Virus record (IMG/VR): IMGVR_UViG_3300025115_000003
Span: 21,694 to 85,693 of that record
Strand: one strand, 5' to 3'
Origin: a virus
Length of the DNA stretch: 64,000 nt
The notes under the pieces were generated by a model. That model searched no databases. It saw only the letters and a list, made by a program, of their open reading frames with translations, and was not told where the DNA came from. The number at the start of each line of letters is the position of its first letter. Within the stretch, counting starts at the first letter, position 1. Shown piece after piece: positions 61,065-64,000 of the stretch. A program made the position numbers and the translations under genes.

Positions 61065-61500
61065 TTCTCATTTCATTTATTATTTCTTCTATTCTATATA
61101 ACTGATCTGTAATATCAGTAGCTTTCTCAAATTTCAATGTTTTTCCATTTATTTCTTTAAGTACATATATTATATAAAATACTTTATTTAGCTTATTATT
61201 ATAATGTACCCAAGTATAAGGTTTGTTTAAAGTTAAATCCTTATTTACACAAAAATCACATTTATCAAATATTCCTTGTAAGGCTATGTAACATTTCTGT
61301 CCAATTACACTTCCGACTTGTTTTTCCAAAACATCATTTATGTATAAGATTTCATCATTGGATATATCTACAACATAAACAAAGTTTCTGTTATTATTTA
61401 AACTTATTTTAAGTATTTCATTTTCATCTGATATATTAGAAGTAGATATATAAATATCTTTAATTAATTCTCTTAAGTCAAGATATAATCGTTTGCTCAT
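61045..61500 (-). CDS. stand-alone PAS domain protein with C-x10-C-x2-C motif (151 aa)
   Basis: VYVVDISNDEILYIN...IGQKCYIALQG..KCDFC...ATDIT, PAS_4-like with the terminal DIT motif. Confidence 0.8.
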   Translation of the reverse strand: MSKRLYLDLRELIKDIYISTSNISDENEILKISLNNNRNFVYVVDISNDEILYINDVLEKQVGSVIGQKCYIALQGIFDKCDFCVNKDLTLNKPYTWVHYNNKLNKVFYIIYVLKEINGKTLKFEKATDITDQLYRIEEIINEMRNDKRTI

Positions 61501-61508
61501 ATTGTATT

Positions 61509-61655
61509 CTATGGGTTTATCACTATTATTTCATCTTTTAGTACAAAAGCATAAGGCTGTGCAACTCCGTTAATTTCATTTATAGCCCAACCCTGCCCAT
61601 GAACAGGGTTATCAGACACTTTATCAAGCTTCTTGTTCAAACTCAACCAAATCAT
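61509..61655 (-). pseudogene. 48-aa ORF / gene remnant at the cassette junction (MIWLSLNKKLDKVSDNPVHGQGWAINEINGVAQPYAFVLKDEIIVINP)
   Basis: Open frame fills the gap and ends with TAG 8 nt before the PAS gene; coincides with the GC transition. Confidence 0.45.
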
Positions 61656-61809
61656 GTTCAATCATGTAAGACCTAAGTGTTTCAATGCTATCAAAGCCTA
61701 TTAGTTCACACGGTGTACCGTGTTCACTTTCGTAGATCACATTTTGAAGTATCTCAACTTCATTACCTTGCACTACTTTCAGTGCGAATGGATATATTTC
61801 TCTTATCAT
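61624..61809 (-). CDS. small fibre-associated protein (61 aa)
   Basis: ATGA-coupled to the LRR gene; same elevated GC. Confidence 0.65.
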   Translation of the reverse strand: MIREIYPFALKVVQGNEVEILQNVIYESEHGTPCELIGFDSIETLRSYMIEHDLVEFEQEA

Positions 61810-63947
61810 ATGTTTGTCGTGTTAAGGGTGAATGTTGTAACACCCTTTGTTGATTTGATACTGTTAATTAGGTACTTAGCTTGTTCAGCATCAGTTCCGA
61901 ATTCGTCTGCTGTTGCTGCTGCTATTGCTGTAACATTAGCTGCTATCTGTTCTCTGATTATTACCGTTGCTGGCAGCGATGTACCTGTGTTGTTTAGTAC
62001 GCTGTTTAATAAGGGTATCAAGTCAACGTAGTCCATAGTGTTACTTCCAGCGCGGTAATCTAATAATTGTAAAGTCGTCATGTTTGGCTTTGGGCTTCCT
62101 GTATTTCCTAATATATTACCTGTCCAGTTGATGCTATTGCTTTCTAACCACAAGACAGTCAATCCCGTTGGCAATGCCCCTGTATATGTCCAGTTGATAT
62201 TACCATACAAAAGCAAGTAAGTTAATCCAGTAGGCATCGCACCAGTATATGTCCAGTTGATATTGCTACCTTCCAAATACAATAAAGTCAATCCCGTTGG
62301 CAATGCACCAGTGTGAGTCCAGTTGATGTTACTACCTACCAAACGCAAGAAGGTCAACCCCGTTGGCAATGCCCCTGTATATGTCCAGTGAATGTTACTA
62401 CCTTCCAAACGCAAGAAGGTCAATCCCGTTGGCAATGCTTTATTACCAGTTGTCGGTAGTGCTGTTGCTAACGCCGTTACTTGTCTGATTTTCTGCGTCA
62501 AAGCAGGCAAGTTGTTCAGATTCCAGCTAACAATAGGCATAGTTGCATCCGTGCCAGTGTAAAAAACAATAGTAGGATAGTTTATGCCATTATGATTTCC
62601 AAAACTCCTAATCCTATCAGCCCTCTTTATCACAAGTGTTCCTGATTGGTTATTGGGGCAGGATATTACAACAGTATGTTGTCTAAGCTGTACACCATCA
62701 AACAAAGCATCATTAATCACTGTTGTGCTTACAATCACAGCGCTTCCAGTAGCTTCAACTGTTAAATCAGCCGTAGCTGAAAATGTAATTGTACCCTCTG
62801 TGGGTGTTCCACTTGTTCTTCCTGATACAGGTAACACTAAATCCCATATAGGAATATTAGTAGTATTAAGTTGGAAAGTTGTTACTCCTTTACCTCCATC
62901 TATCACAGGTAATTGTATTCTATTAATTAAAAATCTACATTGTTCAGCTTGTGAACCAAATTCATCTGGGATTGCATTAAGAATGGCTGTTACATTCCCT
63001 ACTATCTGTTCTCTGATTGTTACTGTTGTTGGCAAAGTACCAACATTGTTAATCAGACTATTAAGTATTGAAATAAGGTCAGCGTAGTCCATTGTGTCGG
63101 AAGGAGTGCGGTAGTTAAACAGTGATATATTACTCATATTAGCCTTAGGTGTGCCTGTATTTCCTAAAATGTTACCTGTCCAGTTGATATTGCCGCCTGA
63201 CAAATACAAGTAAGTCAATTCTGTAGGTATCGCACCAGTGTAAGTCCAATTGATGTTGTGGCCTGACAAAATCAAGAAAGTCAATCCCGTAGGCAATGCT
63301 CCAGTGTAAGTCCAATTGATGTTATTACCCCACAAAAGCAAGAAAGTCAATCCCGTAGGCAATGCCCCTGTATATGTCCAGTTGATGTTGCTGCTTTCCA
63401 TGTACAAGTAAGTCAATCCTGTAGGTATCGCACCAGTGTATGTCCAATTTATGTTATTACCTGACAAACGTAAATAAGTCAATCCAGTAGGCATCGCTCT
63501 ATTACCAGTTGTCGGTAGTGCTGTTGCTAACTCCACTGTTTGTCTGATTTTCTGCGTCAAAACAGGTAAGTCATTCCAATTCCAACTAACAATCGGCATA
63601 GTTGCATCCGTGCCAGCGTAAAAGTTAACCGACGGGGTACTCGCTCCATTATGATTACCAAACGCTCTTATTCGATCTGAACGCCTGATAATTAACGTGC
63701 CTGATTGGTTGTTTGGGCAACTGATTACAACGGTATGCACCCGAAGCTGAACGCCGTCAAATAAAGCATCATTAGCCCTTGTTGTGCTTACAATTACAAC
63801 ACTTCCAGTCTTTTCAACGGTTAAATCTGCTGTTGATGTAAATGTAATTGTGCCATTTGTCGGAGTGCCTGATGTGCGACCTGATACGGGTAACACTAAA
63901 TCAGCACGACCAATTGTAAATTTGCTATTGCTTATATATCTGTTCAT
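61806..63947 (-). CDS. putative receptor-binding/fibre protein made of two duplicated modules, each with five leucine-rich repeats (713 aa)
   Basis: 22-aa repeat GALPTGLTxLxLxxxNINWTYT x10; module period about 1059 bp; located in the tail gene block. Confidence 0.75.
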   Translation of the reverse strand: MNRYISNSKFTIGRADLVLPVSGRTSGTPTNGTITFTSTADLTVEKTGSVVIVSTTRANDALFDGVQLRVHTVVISCPNNQSGTLIIRRSDRIRAFGNHNGASTPSVNFYAGTDATMPIVSWNWNDLPVLTQKIRQTVELATALPTTGNRAMPTGLTYLRLSGNNINWTYTGAIPTGLTYLYMESSNINWTYTGALPTGLTFLLLWGNNINWTYTGALPTGLTFLILSGHNINWTYTGAIPTELTYLYLSGGNINWTGNILGNTGTPKANMSNISLFNYRTPSDTMDYADLISILNSLINNVGTLPTTVTIREQIVGNVTAILNAIPDEFGSQAEQCRFLINRIQLPVIDGGKGVTTFQLNTTNIPIWDLVLPVSGRTSGTPTEGTITFSATADLTVEATGSAVIVSTTVINDALFDGVQLRQHTVVISCPNNQSGTLVIKRADRIRSFGNHNGINYPTIVFYTGTDATMPIVSWNLNNLPALTQKIRQVTALATALPTTGNKALPTGLTFLRLEGSNIHWTYTGALPTGLTFLRLVGSNINWTHTGALPTGLTLLYLEGSNINWTYTGAMPTGLTYLLLYGNINWTYTGALPTGLTVLWLESNSINWTGNILGNTGSPKPNMTTLQLLDYRAGSNTMDYVDLIPLLNSVLNNTGTSLPATVIIREQIAANVTAIAAATADEFGTDAEQAKYLINSIKSTKGVTTFTLNTTNI
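62120..62445 (-). repeat. 66-bp tandem repeat array 2 (5 LRR units, one 63 bp)
   Basis: Recurrent GTCCAGTTGAT...AGTCAATCCCGTTGGCAATGC. Confidence 0.85.
63175..63505 (-). repeat. 66-bp tandem repeat array 1 (5 LRR units)
   Basis: Recurrent GTCCAATTGATGTT...AGTCAATCCCGTAGGCAATGC. Confidence 0.85.
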
Positions 63948-64000
63948 TGTATGCTGAAATTAGTAAATGGAAACTCATTGCCATTTTCCGCCTGAAATGT
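63944..64000 (-). CDS. 3' end of an upstream gene (…TFQAENGNEFPFTNFSIQ*), truncated by the window edge
   Basis: Open frame ending in an ATGA overlap with the LRR gene. Confidence 0.55.
   Translation of the reverse strand, partial: TFQAENGNEFPFTNFSIQ

Noticed and set aside
61505-61518. Near-copy of the dispersed motif (AAACCCATAGAATA on the - strand) just upstream of the PAS start
   Set aside because: Only 13/14 match, and it overlaps the remnant ORF's stop codon; compatible with chance.
27140-63087. Short + strand ORFs within the virion region (e.g. 43436, 49204, 62653) and - strand ORFs in the early region (1644, 13230, 23711)
   Set aside because: They are antisense shadows of long genuine genes, with atypical composition.
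62120-63505. CRISPR array
   Set aside because: The 66-bp units are in-frame coding repeats with degenerate third positions; there are no unique spacers and no cas genes.
61806-63947. Diversity-generating retroelement (TR/VR pair) as the source of LRR variation
   Set aside because: Variable codons (TGG, GAA, TCA, GTA, CGT) are not explained by adenine-only mutagenesis of AAY codons, both copies are coding, and there is no reverse transcriptase in the window.
1-64000. Genome-wide TAG or TGA stop-codon reassignment as in some crAss-like phages
   Set aside because: Code 11 gives dense, uninterrupted ORFs up to 4546 aa; TGA (ATGA overlaps) and TAG (24745) serve as real stops.

Overview
This 64-kb window is AT-rich (roughly 27-30% GC by eye) and looks like a segment of a crAss-like (Crassvirales-type) podophage genome. 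The host is most likely Bacteroidota: there are TTG-N20-TAnnTTTG promoters and A-rich, SD-less starts. The standard genetic code gives long, intact ORFs. Two convergent halves meet at a terminator-rich gap (24391-24744). The + strand (1-24390) carries a degenerate tRNA gene, many small hypothetical genes and a replication/nucleotide module: SF1 helicase, family-4 UDG, PolB, SF2 helicase, RecT/Bet-like SSAP, putative SSB, primase, ATP-dependent ligase, Gp157-like protein, dNMP kinase, DUF932, dUTPase and DHH phosphoesterase. The - strand (24745-64000) carries virion genes: tail fibre/spike, ring, muzzle, cargo proteins, a 4546-aa virion RNA polymerase (DFDID motif) and a 2518-aa polyvalent protein. 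The most notable observations are: (1) a stand-alone Cys-motif PAS sensor domain coupled to a holin-like membrane gene inside the tail operon; (2) a higher-GC, internally duplicated fibre gene built from hypervariable 22-aa LRR cassettes; (3) a tRNA-like gene whose loop reads as a UUA (ochre) anticodon, together with three cargo/RNAP genes that sit in one frame separated only by single TAA codons; (4) a 16-17-bp GC-rich motif present three times, forming a long hairpin at the strand switch and bracketing the 22-kb replication module; (5) an effector-domain hotspot (zincin, DUF4326-like, SLOG, GNAT, ART-like) around the junction of the two giant injected proteins. All family assignments come from motif recognition by eye, not from database searches.
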